DNA from: a virus
Lineage: Duplodnaviria > Caudoviricetes
Length of the DNA: 43,784 nucleotides
Reading direction: 5' to 3' (one strand)
Virus record (IMG/VR): IMGVR_UViG_3300048998_000064
Coordinates: 1-43,784 of that record
The notes beneath the pieces were generated by a model. That model ran no database searches. It saw nothing but the letters and a program-made list of their open reading frames with translations, and was not told where the DNA came from. Made by a program: the position numbers and the translations under genes. Positions 15,419 to 24,442 of the stretch are shown piece by piece; position 1 is the stretch's first letter, and each line of letters begins with the position of its first letter.

Positions 15419-16317
15419 CACGCACCACCACCAACCCCGGCCAGAACCGGCGCGCGGTCGCCAGGAAAGTCGCCGACGCGCGCCGCGTACTCCTCGTCCA
15501 TGGCGCGCTCACGGGCAGTCCAATCGACAGGCGGCGGGTCGCCGTCGTCCTCATCGAGGTTGCCAGCCAGCAGCTCCTCACGGCGCAGGGCGATCATGTC
15601 GCGGATCGGATCCAGCCAGGACCGCGGCAGATGCTCGGTGCGCTGGTCGAACTCGGCTTCCCACTCGACAAGCCCGGTCAGGTCGCAGGCGTTGATCTCG
15701 GCCTTGATGCGAGCGTCTTCGCCGTCGCGCTTCAGTTGGGCCGCAGAGGCGCGCTTGGGCGGCGTCACGTCCCGCATGTCCGCGACTGCCGCCGTGGGCT
15801 CTACGGGCTGCTGTGGGGCTTCCTGGCGGGCCTGCGGCTCCGGTGCGAAGTCCTGCACTTCCTCCGGCACATACATGCCGCTCGTCGCCATCGGATAGAC
15901 CGTACGGACGCCTTCCGAGACGACGCGGGAGCGCAGCATCTGGCGCGGGTACTTGCTCCACATCGGTGTGGTGAGCTGCGCCTTCTTCGCGCGCTCCAGC
16001 GTCCAGTCGATCCGTGCCGAGCCGCCCGCCGGATGGCTGAATGTCGCGTCGGCGATGGTATCATTCAGAGCGTGCCATTCGACCTTGCCGCCGCCGGCCA
16101 GGAAGTCGCGCAGCATGGCGTCGGCCTTCTTGGCGGGTCGGCCGGAAATGATGTGGTAGTCCTGCGCTGCGGACGCAGGGTGGCGCCCCTCGGCCTGGGC
16201 GACGAGGCAGAGCGCCAGGGCTTGCTCTGGGTTCTGAACTCCGAAGAGCTTGGAGGCGGCGAAGGCGCGCGCCATCCGCTCCATATCGGTCACGGCATAT
16301 TGGACGATGGCGTTCAT
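15418..16317 (-). CDS. RecT-like single-strand annealing protein
   Basis: IISGRP, AKKAQL...WSKYPRQMLRSR and GMYVPEE; next to NinB. Confidence 0.75.
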   Translation of the reverse strand: MNAIVQYAVTDMERMARAFAASKLFGVQNPEQALALCLVAQAEGRHPASAAQDYHIISGRPAKKADAMLRDFLAGGGKVEWHALNDTIADATFSHPAGGSARIDWTLERAKKAQLTTPMWSKYPRQMLRSRVVSEGVRTVYPMATSGMYVPEEVQDFAPEPQARQEAPQQPVEPTAAVADMRDVTPPKRASAAQLKRDGEDARIKAEINACDLTGLVEWEAEFDQRTEHLPRSWLDPIRDMIALRREELLAGNLDEDDGDPPPVDWTARERAMDEEYAARVGDFPGDRAPVLAGVGGGA

Positions 16318-16535
16318 TGAGCTTGCTCGATGTGCTGGTGGGGATGGTGGCCGATCCTTGCGGCGGTCCCGATCCCGGCGACGATCAGGCCTGCGATCAG
16401 GCAAATCCCGCCTAGGCGCAGTATCCCGGCCAGAGGGGGAGGCTCCGGGGTGCGGATCAGTGGCTCGCGGCGGCGGTAGTCGGCTGTCTTGCGGGCCTCG
16501 GTGTAGAGGGTGTCAGTGGTCAGGAAGTCGCTCAC
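16314..16535 (-). CDS. Small hypothetical membrane protein
   Basis: GTGA coupling; C-terminal TM segment. Confidence 0.5.
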   Translation of the reverse strand: MSDFLTTDTLYTEARKTADYRRREPLIRTPEPPPLAGILRLGGICLIAGLIVAGIGTAARIGHHPHQHIEQAQ

Positions 16536-16822
16536 AGCGCACCTGCCAAACCGCAGTAGCCTTCGGTATGGGCGAACTCGTCGCGGCGCTTGACGACTTC
16601 CTGGGTGGCCTTGTTGAAGGTCTCCCCGGTCGACTTCATGTGCTCGACCACGGCCTGCAGATAGGCGGCGGTGCGCTTCTCTTCGGACCAGCGCCACGCC
16701 ATGCACTCTGAGCCGATGCAGCGGGCGGGCACCTGGACGTTGGGGTTCGCCTGAAAAGCCTGCATGAGGGCGACCACTGGGGGGCCGCAGCACACGCGGC
16801 CGGACGCTTCTTCTTCGGTCAC
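16532..16822 (-). CDS. Hypothetical Cys-rich protein
   Basis: CIGSECMAWRW...GYCGLAG; GGAG RBS. Confidence 0.65.
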   Translation of the reverse strand: MTEEEASGRVCCGPPVVALMQAFQANPNVQVPARCIGSECMAWRWSEEKRTAAYLQAVVEHMKSTGETFNKATQEVVKRRDEFAHTEGYCGLAGAL

Positions 16823-17235
16823 AGGTGGTCTCCACCGGTCAGTTGCAGGAAGGACTGGCGTTCCAGGGTCCGCTCGATTGCGTCCCCGGCTACGGTTGAT
16901 GTGATTGCCCGCTCACGAAGCCGCAGGAGGGCTTCACCGAGGGCTTGGACGTCGGCGCGGAAGTGAGCGGCCAGGGTGGTGTTGTGGAGACGGTCAGCCA
17001 TGCGCTCGAAGCCAGCCATGACGATCTCGGCTTCGTAGGGGGTGTACGAAACCTCCTTGCCGCAGACCGTGTTGATGACGCGGCCGGTCTCGAAGCAGGG
17101 GCGATAAGGCGTCAGGCCCGCTGCAATCCGGTGCTGCGCTTGGGCACGACATCCGTAGCTGCAGTAGAGGTTCGCCTTGCCGGCGCAGGGGAGGAAGCCG
17201 GCGCCACAGATGGTGCAGGAGGTGAGGCGGCTCAT
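16819..17235 (-). CDS. Hypothetical protein with N-terminal Zn finger
   Basis: CTIC...YCSYGC; ATGA coupling. Confidence 0.6.
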   Translation of the reverse strand: MSRLTSCTICGAGFLPCAGKANLYCSYGCRAQAQHRIAAGLTPYRPCFETGRVINTVCGKEVSYTPYEAEIVMAGFERMADRLHNTTLAAHFRADVQALGEALLRLRERAITSTVAGDAIERTLERQSFLQLTGGDHL

Positions 17236-17531
17236 TGCGTCACCGCCGGTTGGGCGGAGGCGGGTGAGAGCACGTGCAGATTCACCGCGAGGCAGGACTG
17301 GAGGATGCGCAGGCACCCGTAGGCGTCCGAGTGCTCGACAGCGTAGGCGAGATCGGCCATCTCGTGCTCAGAGAACGCGCCTGGCAATTCCGAAAGGCTG
17401 GCGCCGTGCAGTGAGCCGGGACCTTTGCGCTGGTTGCGCTTCCGGGCCTCAAGGATAAGCGCGTCAAGCTCGTCGTCGCTCAACTCGTCGATGATGTCGC
17501 TATTGTCGATGTTGACGTAGACGCGGGGCAT
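17232..17531 (-). CDS. Hypothetical protein
   Basis: Coupled ORF with acidic N-terminus. Confidence 0.6.
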   Translation of the reverse strand: MPRVYVNIDNSDIIDELSDDELDALILEARKRNQRKGPGSLHGASLSELPGAFSEHEMADLAYAVEHSDAYGCLRILQSCLAVNLHVLSPASAQPAVTQ

Positions 17532-17779
17532 CAGCGCACCGCCTTCGCAGCAGCCAGGGCCGCGCTGAACCGGGCCAATTCACCTGCCAGCTTGGCGGAT
17601 GGGGCGTAGGGCTTGGCCGCCCGGTGCTCGCGGACCAGCGCACCCGACCGCATCTGGGCCAGCATGGTCACCGACACGTCGAAGCGATCGGCGTCGTACT
17701 GGTCGCGGTCGGCCTGGGTCCACGCGGTCTCGCAGGCGAGGCGTTCGGTCAGGGTAGGGGCGGTGGTGTCGAAGGGCAT
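17531..17779 (-). CDS. First gene of the leftward early operon, hypothetical
   Basis: GAGGA RBS; downstream of the OL operators. Confidence 0.65.
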   Translation of the reverse strand: MPFDTTAPTLTERLACETAWTQADRDQYDADRFDVSVTMLAQMRSGALVREHRAAKPYAPSAKLAGELARFSAALAAAKAVR

Positions 17780-17805
17780 GGCGTCCTCGTCGTTGGTGCA
17801 TATTG

Positions 17806-17854
17806 CTTACCACGAGTAAGGAGCATTGCAACAGGAATCATTACAGACGGTAAG
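17806..17854. promoter_or_regulatory. OL-like repressor operators
   Basis: CTTAC-CACGA-GTAAG (17806) and ATTAC-AGACG-GTAAG (17840). Confidence 0.8.
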
Positions 17855-17925
17855 CATTTTTCGCCAACCGCGCTCAGGGTGATTCGTGCTTACCGTTGAC
17901 TCTGGGCTAAACCCCAGGAATCAAT

Positions 17926-17940
17926 GTTCTCGTTCTGTTC
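17926..17940 (+). promoter_or_regulatory. Alphaproteobacterial LexA box
   Basis: GTTC-TCGTTCT-GTTC, downstream of TTGACT (17896). Confidence 0.8.
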
Positions 17941-17956
17941 TAGTCGGAGACGAGAG

Positions 17957-18190
17957 ATGGCAAAGGTTACGTTGTACTACACGCAGACGTTCTGGTGGGA
18001 CGGGCGCAAGCTGGCGGCCAACGTGGCGAAGCGCCATAAGAAGGACGAGGAGGCCCGCCGGGCGGCTGAGCTGGCAAGCCACCGGAACGCTGGCGTGATC
18101 GCCTACAGCGTCACAGGGGACCCCGAATGGGACGATTGGTCCGACATGAAGGTGCTAGTCGAGATCGGCGAAGTGCCGGAGTTCGCCTAG
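17957..18190 (+). CDS. LexA-controlled small protein (candidate antirepressor)
   Basis: 77 aa; GGAG upstream; convergent with CI. Confidence 0.7.
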   Translation: MAKVTLYYTQTFWWDGRKLAANVAKRHKKDEEARRAAELASHRNAGVIAYSVTGDPEWDDWSDMKVLVEIGEVPEFA

Positions 18191-18576
18191 TCGTTAACGG
18201 CTCGCTTCATCAGGGCCTCGATAAGGTCGGCGGCAGTTTCCTGCTGCTCTGGCGTTGCCTTGTCGAGCAGCTTCTGGATTCGCCGATAGTGCGGCGTCCC
18301 TGGGTCTTCGTCGGCCCAGGGCGTCCCGTTGTCTTCGTCGTTTAGAAGCCACTGCCACCGGACCTTGAACTTGGTGGCGAACTGCTGCGCCCTAGCCATG
18401 TTTAGCCTGGTGGACTTGGACGCCGTATCGGCCCGCTCGTAGGCCGAATAGGTCTCAGGGTCGTCGAAGCCCAACGCCCGCGCGGCGGCGGCGGCGGACT
18501 TGAACTGGGCCTTGCGCCGTGCCCAGCGCACGCGGTCCCACATCTCTAGCCGGCGCCAAGTGTTGTCGGTCTCCAT
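18187..18576 (-). CDS. CI-like XRE/HTH repressor without a peptidase S24 domain
   Basis: RVRWARRKAQFKSAAAAARALG...TYSAYER...FKVRWQWLL; divergent from Cro; start uncertain. Confidence 0.8.
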   Translation of the reverse strand: METDNTWRRLEMWDRVRWARRKAQFKSAAAAARALGFDDPETYSAYERADTASKSTRLNMARAQQFATKFKVRWQWLLNDEDNGTPWADEDPGTPHYRRIQKLLDKATPEQQETAADLIEALMKRAVND

Positions 18577-18600
18577 CCTCAGAAGCTTACTGAGAACGTC

Positions 18601-18649
18601 CTTATCGCGTGTAAGGAATGCCTTGCGCATGGTGCTTACTGCTGGTAAG
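18601..18649. promoter_or_regulatory. OR-like repressor operators
   Basis: CTTAT-CGCGT-GTAAG (18601) and CTTAC-TGCTG-GTAAG (18635). Confidence 0.8.
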
Positions 18650-18660
18650 GCATTTTGCTC

Positions 18661-18873
18661 ATGAGCAGAGCCGCTGACATCATCAATTCGCTCGGGGGAC
18701 CGGCGAAGATCGCCGAAGTCACACCTCACAAGGCGGGAACTGTTTCGCTGTGGAAGCACCGCGGCATCATCCCCCGGAGAGCGTGGCCCGACCTGATAGA
18801 CGCGTTCCCCGGCAAGGTCAGCATGTCCGCCCTTCGCGCCGCTGAGCCGCCGAAGAACGCGACCGCCGCCTGA
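18661..18873 (+). CDS. Cro-like HTH protein
   Basis: IINSLGGPAKIAE...TVSLWKHRGIIP. Confidence 0.8.
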   Translation: MSRAADIINSLGGPAKIAEVTPHKAGTVSLWKHRGIIPRRAWPDLIDAFPGKVSMSALRAAEPPKNATAA

Positions 18874-18953
18874 TGCCGTGCCCTCTCGCCCTTACTGCGA
18901 TGTTCGTCGCCGCCGGGCTGATCGCCTGGGCGTTCGTGAAGGTGGCGCAGTGA
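18873..18953 (+). CDS. 26-aa single-TM peptide
   Basis: TGATG overlaps at both ends; hydrophobic. Confidence 0.45.
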   Translation: MPCPLALTAMFVAAGLIAWAFVKVAQ

Positions 18954-19606
18954 TGGGGCGCGTCGAACACATCGGTGATGCCACGCTGTACCTGGGTGAC
19001 TGCCGGGACATCCTGCCGACGCTCGGCAAGGTCGACGCAGTGGTCACGGACCCGCCGTATGGCCTCGGCAAGAAGATGCAAGGCGGCACCTGGGGTGCGC
19101 AGGACCATAACTCTGGTTTCCTGAAGTGGGATCTCGACGCGCCGCACGACGTGGTCGCCAACATTCTGGCGCTGAATGTTCCGACCATTCTCTGGGGTGG
19201 CAACTACTTCCACGTACCGCCCTCCCGCTGTTGGCTGAATTGGGACAAGGTCAACGCTGTCCCCACCATGGCGGACTTCGAGCAAGCTTGGACCAATCTG
19301 GACCGACCGTCGAAGCGACGCGCGCTTCCCGTTGGCCGGGTGGAGTTCGGACACCCTACGCAAAAGCCCCTCCCGCTCATGGAGTGGTGCCTTGGCTTCG
19401 TTCCCGGCGCCCGGCTTATCCTTGACCCGTTTATGGGATCGGGCACCACGGGCGTTGCCTGCTTGGGCGCGGATCGCGCTTTCATCGGCATCGAACGGGA
19501 AGCCTCCTATTTTGACACGGCCTGTCGCCGGATCGAGGAGGCTTACCGCCAACCCCGCCTCTTCGCTGAGCCCGCACCTAAGCCGGTGCAGGAGGCGCTG
19601 TTTTGA
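18953..19606 (+). CDS. N6-adenine/N4-cytosine DNA methyltransferase (beta class)
   Basis: TDPPY, HPTQKP and LDPFMGSGTT motifs. Confidence 0.92.
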   Translation: MGRVEHIGDATLYLGDCRDILPTLGKVDAVVTDPPYGLGKKMQGGTWGAQDHNSGFLKWDLDAPHDVVANILALNVPTILWGGNYFHVPPSRCWLNWDKVNAVPTMADFEQAWTNLDRPSKRRALPVGRVEFGHPTQKPLPLMEWCLGFVPGARLILDPFMGSGTTGVACLGADRAFIGIEREASYFDTACRRIEEAYRQPRLFAEPAPKPVQEALF

Positions 19607-19879
19607 CGGCCCCCCAACCCCATCCACGTCCTCCCAACGCTCCCCCTGCGGGACGACGTGCGGCGGGGCGCAGTCACCGCCTGCTGCCCCGCCAGAAATC
19701 ACGCCTGACACAGCGCCTCGCAAGCGCCGTTCAGCCACTTCATCGCCGCGCGTCTCAGGGCGGCTGCAGTATCTCGATCTTCGTACCTTGCACGGATGAG
19801 CGCTCGCAACGCTTTCGTGCAGAACTCCAAGGCCTTCGCTCGTCCCTCCACAGCAACCCTCCGTCTCAGTGTGTTCAAC

Positions 19880-20284
19880 ATGACTGAGATCGGCTGGGAA
19901 ATCGTGGGCAAGGATGACCAAGAACTCCCGTTGGGTAAGACCATCGGAGATGCGCTTCGTGACCTGATCCGTAAGCGCTGGAAGAACAATGCGGCAAAGG
20001 TGATCGAGCGGCGGTGGGACCTTGACCCAAAGACCGCGAAGAACCTCACCGCCGGACACTGCTCTGAACGGTCGCTGACCAAGGCCGCCAAGGCCGAACG
20101 GTGGGCGCTCTGGATGGCTCTCGGAGAGGAGCTGTTTGAGGAGACCTACGATCAACATCTGAACTCAATCATCGAGGAGACCGCCCGTGCGAAAGACCGC
20201 ATGGAGCGTCACCGCGCGTCGGTTCGTCACTTGGAGGCGCGCGCCTCTGAGCTGGTCGATCTGGGCCGTGGGCTGGGCGCTTAG
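19880..20284 (+). CDS. Putative DNA-binding regulator (CII-like position)
   Basis: HTH-like segment plus C-terminal coiled coil. Confidence 0.55.
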   Translation: MTEIGWEIVGKDDQELPLGKTIGDALRDLIRKRWKNNAAKVIERRWDLDPKTAKNLTAGHCSERSLTKAAKAERWALWMALGEELFEETYDQHLNSIIEETARAKDRMERHRASVRHLEARASELVDLGRGLGA

Positions 20285-20365
20285 TCAAATGAGCGATGTG
20301 TTCGCCAAGCATGGCACGCGGCTCATGACCTGGGCCGTCATCAGGCTCGAAAAGCGGAGGCGCGC

Positions 20366-20554
20366 ATGACCAGCCGCTACGCCGCCATGAAGGCGCTCCG
20401 ATCCGCCAAGATGCGTGGGGATACCCGGGGGGCTCACTACGCTGCCGAGCGCCTGAAAGAGGCCACCCACGCCCAACTCCGGGCCGAGCTTTCCCCCCAG
20501 CCCAAGCCCTCGCTCCTGCGCCGGGTGATCGGGAGGTTTCACCATGCCCGGTAA
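20366..20554 (+). CDS. Small hypothetical protein
   Basis: GGAGG RBS. Confidence 0.55.
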   Translation: MTSRYAAMKALRSAKMRGDTRGAHYAAERLKEATHAQLRAELSPQPKPSLLRRVIGRFHHAR

Positions 20555-21266
20555 AACGCTATGGCCGCCAGAGCGGCTTGAACGCCTCCGCAAGCTTTTC
20601 ATCGACCAGCGCATGTCTGCTAGCGCCTGTGCCGAGAGCATGGGCAACGGCCTGACGCGCAGCGCCGTCCTCGGCGTTGTCGATCGGCAGGGATGGGAGC
20701 GTCCGAAGGACATTCGGGAGCCGTGGCCGGAGGAGCGGGTAGAGCGCCTCCGCGTGCTCTACATCGAAAAGGGTATGTCCGCCGGCGCCTGCGCCAAAGA
20801 GATGGGCGACGTATCCCGCAGCGCGGTCATTGGCATCGCAGTGCGCCGGGGCTGGGCGCGCTCACAGGAGGTGACGTCGCAGAACAATCGCCGTGCGGGA
20901 CAGATCGGTCAAGGAACTCGCGCAGCCGCACTGAAGCCCATCGTCCGTGCGAACTGGGGGGTCTTCGAGCAGCCCAGTGCCACGGCTCGCCCCTGGATTA
21001 CCCGTGTCTTCGGCGAGTGCGCTTTCCCTGTCGGCGGGGAGGGGGCTGACACCCTGTCATGCTGCGCCGGCACTGGCGGTGAGTCCTACTGTGCCCACCA
21101 CCGCCAGGTCATGCGGGCATCGCGGGTTGGCGTCACCGAAAAGGCGATGGTCCGCGATGCGGAGTGGTGGATAGCCCGTGCCCAGCCCGACCCGGACGCC
21201 TGGCTGGCAAAGAAATCAGGAACGCTGAAGCCCAGCGCTGCGGCGTTTCAAGGCAAGGCGGCATGA
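20544..21266 (+). CDS. gcrA: GcrA-like regulator with duplicated N-terminal HTH
   Basis: Two WPxERxERLRxL...MSA..CA..MG..SRSAVxG repeats; C-terminal CAFPVG...CC...YCAHH. Confidence 0.8.
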   Translation: MPGKTLWPPERLERLRKLFIDQRMSASACAESMGNGLTRSAVLGVVDRQGWERPKDIREPWPEERVERLRVLYIEKGMSAGACAKEMGDVSRSAVIGIAVRRGWARSQEVTSQNNRRAGQIGQGTRAAALKPIVRANWGVFEQPSATARPWITRVFGECAFPVGGEGADTLSCCAGTGGESYCAHHRQVMRASRVGVTEKAMVRDAEWWIARAQPDPDAWLAKKSGTLKPSAAAFQGKAA

Positions 21267-21463
21267 GCGGCCCCGCCATGACCTATCGGCTTGTGTCACA
21301 GGCGGTCGACGAAGTGATTGTGGACCTCGGCGGCAATGACCTTGAGCGCGTGGTCTACATGATCGCCCGCGCTGCGCTGTTGCGCCTGCGCGAGACCAAG
21401 GGCGGCGAAGCAGCGGCGCAGAAGGCCTACAGCCTCGCCGACGAGATGGTGACGGCCAAATGA
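21263..21463 (+). CDS. Small hypothetical protein
   Basis: ATGA overlaps on both sides. Confidence 0.6.
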   Translation: MSGPAMTYRLVSQAVDEVIVDLGGNDLERVVYMIARAALLRLRETKGGEAAAQKAYSLADEMVTAK

Positions 21464-22839
21464 TCGCCGTCCTCGATTCCGAACACGCCCTGCTGGGCGC
21501 GGCGATGTACGATCCACAGGCCTGCGCCGACGTGCTGGACCGGGTGAAGCCGGAGCATTTCGCCGAGCCGACGCACGGCCTGATCTGGGGCGAGCTTCGC
21601 AAGGGCGGCGTAACCGATCCCGTGCTGCTGGCGTCGAAGCTGGCGAGTGTCGAGGCGTTCGAAACGCTTGGCGGCCTTGGCTTCCTCGCCGACCTCGTTG
21701 ACCGCGCCGTCACGCACACCGCCCCAGCCCATGCCGAGGCCGTCCTAGACGCGGTCCTGCGCCGCCGGCTGCGCGACCTAGCCGCCGCCACCGTGGCCGA
21801 TGCCGAGAGCAAGCCGGGGGAGGGGGAAGCCCTCATCGTCCAGATGGAGCGAGCGGCTTCAGACATCGCCCGTGACTCCACCGGGACCGACAAATGGCGC
21901 CCGGCGTGGGAGATCACCGCCGGCGCGGTCCAGCGGGCACGGGAGCGGAAAGGCCGTATCGACCTTCCCACCGGCCTCGCCGACCTCGACAGACTGACGG
22001 GCGGCTTTCGCCGCGGCGAACTGGCGATCGTGGCCGGGCGCCCCAGCATGGGCAAATCCACCGCGGCCCTGGCCCTGGCGCGCTCGCTGGCGGCTTCGGG
22101 CAAGGGTGTGGCGTTCTTCTCCATGGAAATGCCGGACGTCGCCCTGGGCCTGCGCATGGCCTGCGACGTCGCCTATGACCGCTTCGCCCCGCCGCAGTTT
22201 CGGATCAGCTATTTCGACGCCGACCGCGGCGACCTGATGAACGACCAGTGGCGCGAGCTGAATGGCGCTTCCAAGAAGATGGAGGCTTGGCCACTGCTGT
22301 TCGACGTGCGGCCCGGGCTGACCACCTCACAGATGGAAGCGTGCGCCCGCCGAGCCTTCCGCCGCTGGGAAGCGGATGGGATCGAGCGCGGGGCCGTCAT
22401 CGTGGACCACCTGACCATCGCCCGGCCCGATCAGGACCGGAAGGGGAACAAGGTCGCCGAAGTGGGGGACATCAGCCGCGGCCTAGCCGAGATGGCGAAG
22501 CGGCTGGACGTGCCGGTGATCGGCCTCTGCCAACTCTCCCGCGATGTCGAGAAGCGCGACGGCAAGGACCGCCGGCCCAACCTATCGGATCTGCGCTGGT
22601 CGGGCGAGATCGAACAGGACGCCCGCCTGGTGATGTTCCTCTACCGCCCGGAATACTACGTGCGGAAGCCGGAGGATGCGACGGACATCAGCGCCGAAGC
22701 CGAGTGGCGCACGAAGCTGGAGAAGACCCGCCACAAGCTGTTCTGGCTGGTCGAGAAGAACAACAACGGCCCCACGGGTGAAGTCGAGACCTTCTGCGAC
22801 ATCGCCTGTTCGGCCATCCGTGACAGGGGCGTGCAATGA
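21460..22839 (+). CDS. dnaB: DnaB-like replicative helicase
   Basis: AGRPSMGKS, FSMEM, QLSR and SDLRWSGEIEQDA motifs. Confidence 0.95.
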   Translation: MIAVLDSEHALLGAAMYDPQACADVLDRVKPEHFAEPTHGLIWGELRKGGVTDPVLLASKLASVEAFETLGGLGFLADLVDRAVTHTAPAHAEAVLDAVLRRRLRDLAAATVADAESKPGEGEALIVQMERAASDIARDSTGTDKWRPAWEITAGAVQRARERKGRIDLPTGLADLDRLTGGFRRGELAIVAGRPSMGKSTAALALARSLAASGKGVAFFSMEMPDVALGLRMACDVAYDRFAPPQFRISYFDADRGDLMNDQWRELNGASKKMEAWPLLFDVRPGLTTSQMEACARRAFRRWEADGIERGAVIVDHLTIARPDQDRKGNKVAEVGDISRGLAEMAKRLDVPVIGLCQLSRDVEKRDGKDRRPNLSDLRWSGEIEQDARLVMFLYRPEYYVRKPEDATDISAEAEWRTKLEKTRHKLFWLVEKNNNGPTGEVETFCDIACSAIRDRGVQ

Positions 22840-23522
22840 CCGCAGCCCTTCTCCGCAAGATGGCCGACATGGGCCTGACCCTCGAACAGGCCATCGAGCT
22901 GATGGAGACCATGGAGGCCGGAGCCTCGCCGTCGCCGCGCTCCGCCAATGCCGAGAGGCAGGCTCGTTTCCGTGCCAAAAGGTCAGAAAGCGTTACGGAT
23001 AACGTTACAAGTAACGCAACAAGTGATGCCCCTCTTCCTTCCCCCACACCCCCTTCTAACACCAAAAACCCCACCCCCTTTACCCCCCTAAAGGGGGGAG
23101 TTTCCCCCTCCCGTTCCGATCCCGCTTCCTGCCAAGCCCTTTCTTCCGAGATTTGGCAGATCACCCCGAAACGCGGACGTCAGCGGAGCGGAAAGGCCAG
23201 CTTGGATCGCGCCGTCGCCGCGGTGCTGCGGAAGGGCGCCGATCCGGCGCGAGTGCTGGCCGGGATTCGGGGCTGCTACGCCAGCGACGACTTCGCTGAG
23301 CAATTCGCCCCAGGCGTTCACCGGGTGCTGAGCACGGGCCAGTGGGAGGCCTTCGCCGAGGGCGACGACGCCGGAAGCCGAACTGCCGGCTGGGGCGACG
23401 ACGAGTGGCGCACGGCCCTGGCGATCCTCAGGGAGCGCGACCAGTGGGACCCTGTCTGGGGCCCCCGGCCCGGCGAGCCCGGCTGTCGAATCCCGCCGAA
23501 CCTCCTCCTGTCCGCCGCCTAA
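22836..23522 (+). CDS. Replication initiator-like protein
   Basis: Next to the helicase; AERQARFR motif; internal iteron-like repeats and C-rich tract. Confidence 0.65.
   Translation: MTAALLRKMADMGLTLEQAIELMETMEAGASPSPRSANAERQARFRAKRSESVTDNVTSNATSDAPLPSPTPPSNTKNPTPFTPLKGGVSPSRSDPASCQALSSEIWQITPKRGRQRSGKASLDRAVAAVLRKGADPARVLAGIRGCYASDDFAEQFAPGVHRVLSTGQWEAFAEGDDAGSRTAGWGDDEWRTALAILRERDQWDPVWGPRPGEPGCRIPPNLLLSAA
22991..23110. repeat. Candidate replication origin inside the initiator gene
   Basis: Overlapping CGTTAC-NN-(G/A)TAACG palindromes at a 12-bp period, then C-rich tract and CCCCCTAAAGGGGG. Confidence 0.5.
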
Positions 23523-23550
23523 CCCCCCATCCCTACGGAGACTGCAAGAC

Positions 23551-23820
23551 ATGGCGAGTGAGAGCGACCTAATCCACCGGCTGGCGAAGTTCTTCCGCGC
23601 TGGCATGGCTACGACATGGGAGGCTTGCGATTGGGACGGAGCGGACATTCAGGACACGGCTGAGAGCCTTGGGCTTGTCGTGAAGGCTGCCTACGACCCG
23701 GCTACGCATGGCGATCACGGGCTGGACGAGGGCCTTGAGCCCGGCGACGAGTGGTTCGTCATCGCTCCAGAAGTCCGCGCCCTCACCGACTCCTCGAAGG
23801 AGACGACACATGCCGGGTGA
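23551..23820 (+). CDS. Hypothetical protein
   Basis: GGAG RBS; acidic. Confidence 0.65.
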   Translation: MASESDLIHRLAKFFRAGMATTWEACDWDGADIQDTAESLGLVVKAAYDPATHGDHGLDEGLEPGDEWFVIAPEVRALTDSSKETTHAG

Positions 23821-24049
23821 GATCGAAGAGCACCTGATCAACGTGCTGTCGTGGTCCATCAGAGCGCAGGAGAATGCGCTGAAGCACGTGTGCGATCTGC
23901 GCGATCTTAAGGTCGGCAATGGCCCGCGCGTGTCGAGCGCCATCGAGTCCATCGGAACGGCGGGCATCATCGTTGCCGAAGCTGCTCATGCCCTCGGAAA
24001 GCTTCGTACCGACCCTCCCTCACCCACACACAGGGAGACGGAGACGTGA
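23810..24049 (+). CDS. Hypothetical protein
   Basis: AAGGAG RBS. Confidence 0.6.
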   Translation: MPGEIEEHLINVLSWSIRAQENALKHVCDLRDLKVGNGPRVSSAIESIGTAGIIVAEAAHALGKLRTDPPSPTHRETET

Positions 24050-24150
24050 CGTTCGCAGCAGCTACTTTCGTCGCCGGTTTCATCGTCGGCGTGATCGCGT
24101 GCGGCCTGATTTTCTTCTGGATCGACCGCGGCGTGGGGCCACGATTTTGA
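24046..24150 (+). CDS. 34-aa TM peptide
   Basis: GTGA overlap; hydrophobic. Confidence 0.45.
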   Translation: MTFAAATFVAGFIVGVIACGLIFFWIDRGVGPRF

Positions 24151-24181
24151 TTTCCCCCAACCCCTCGAAGGGAGAGCGGTG

Positions 24182-24442
24182 ATGCCGAAGCCTGAAGACG
24201 ACATGATCGGCAGCGGCGGCAATCCAGCGCGCCGCGCTCCACCTCCCGCGCCGCCACCGCCTGCTCCAGCCGCCTTCAAAACATGGGAGCGTTACGAGGC
24301 GGCTATTGAGCAGAGACGGCGGACTGACCGTGCCTTCATGGTCTGCCTGCTGCTCTTCGGCGTCGTCATGCTCAGCGCCATCACGACCCGAGTGACCATT
24401 TGGGCGACCAGCCACCGCATAGTCGTGGAGACCACGCGATGA
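24182..24442 (+). CDS. Pro-rich membrane protein
   Basis: GGAG RBS; C-terminal TM segment. Confidence 0.55.
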   Translation: MPKPEDDMIGSGGNPARRAPPPAPPPPAPAAFKTWERYEAAIEQRRRTDRAFMVCLLLFGVVMLSAITTRVTIWATSHRIVVETTR

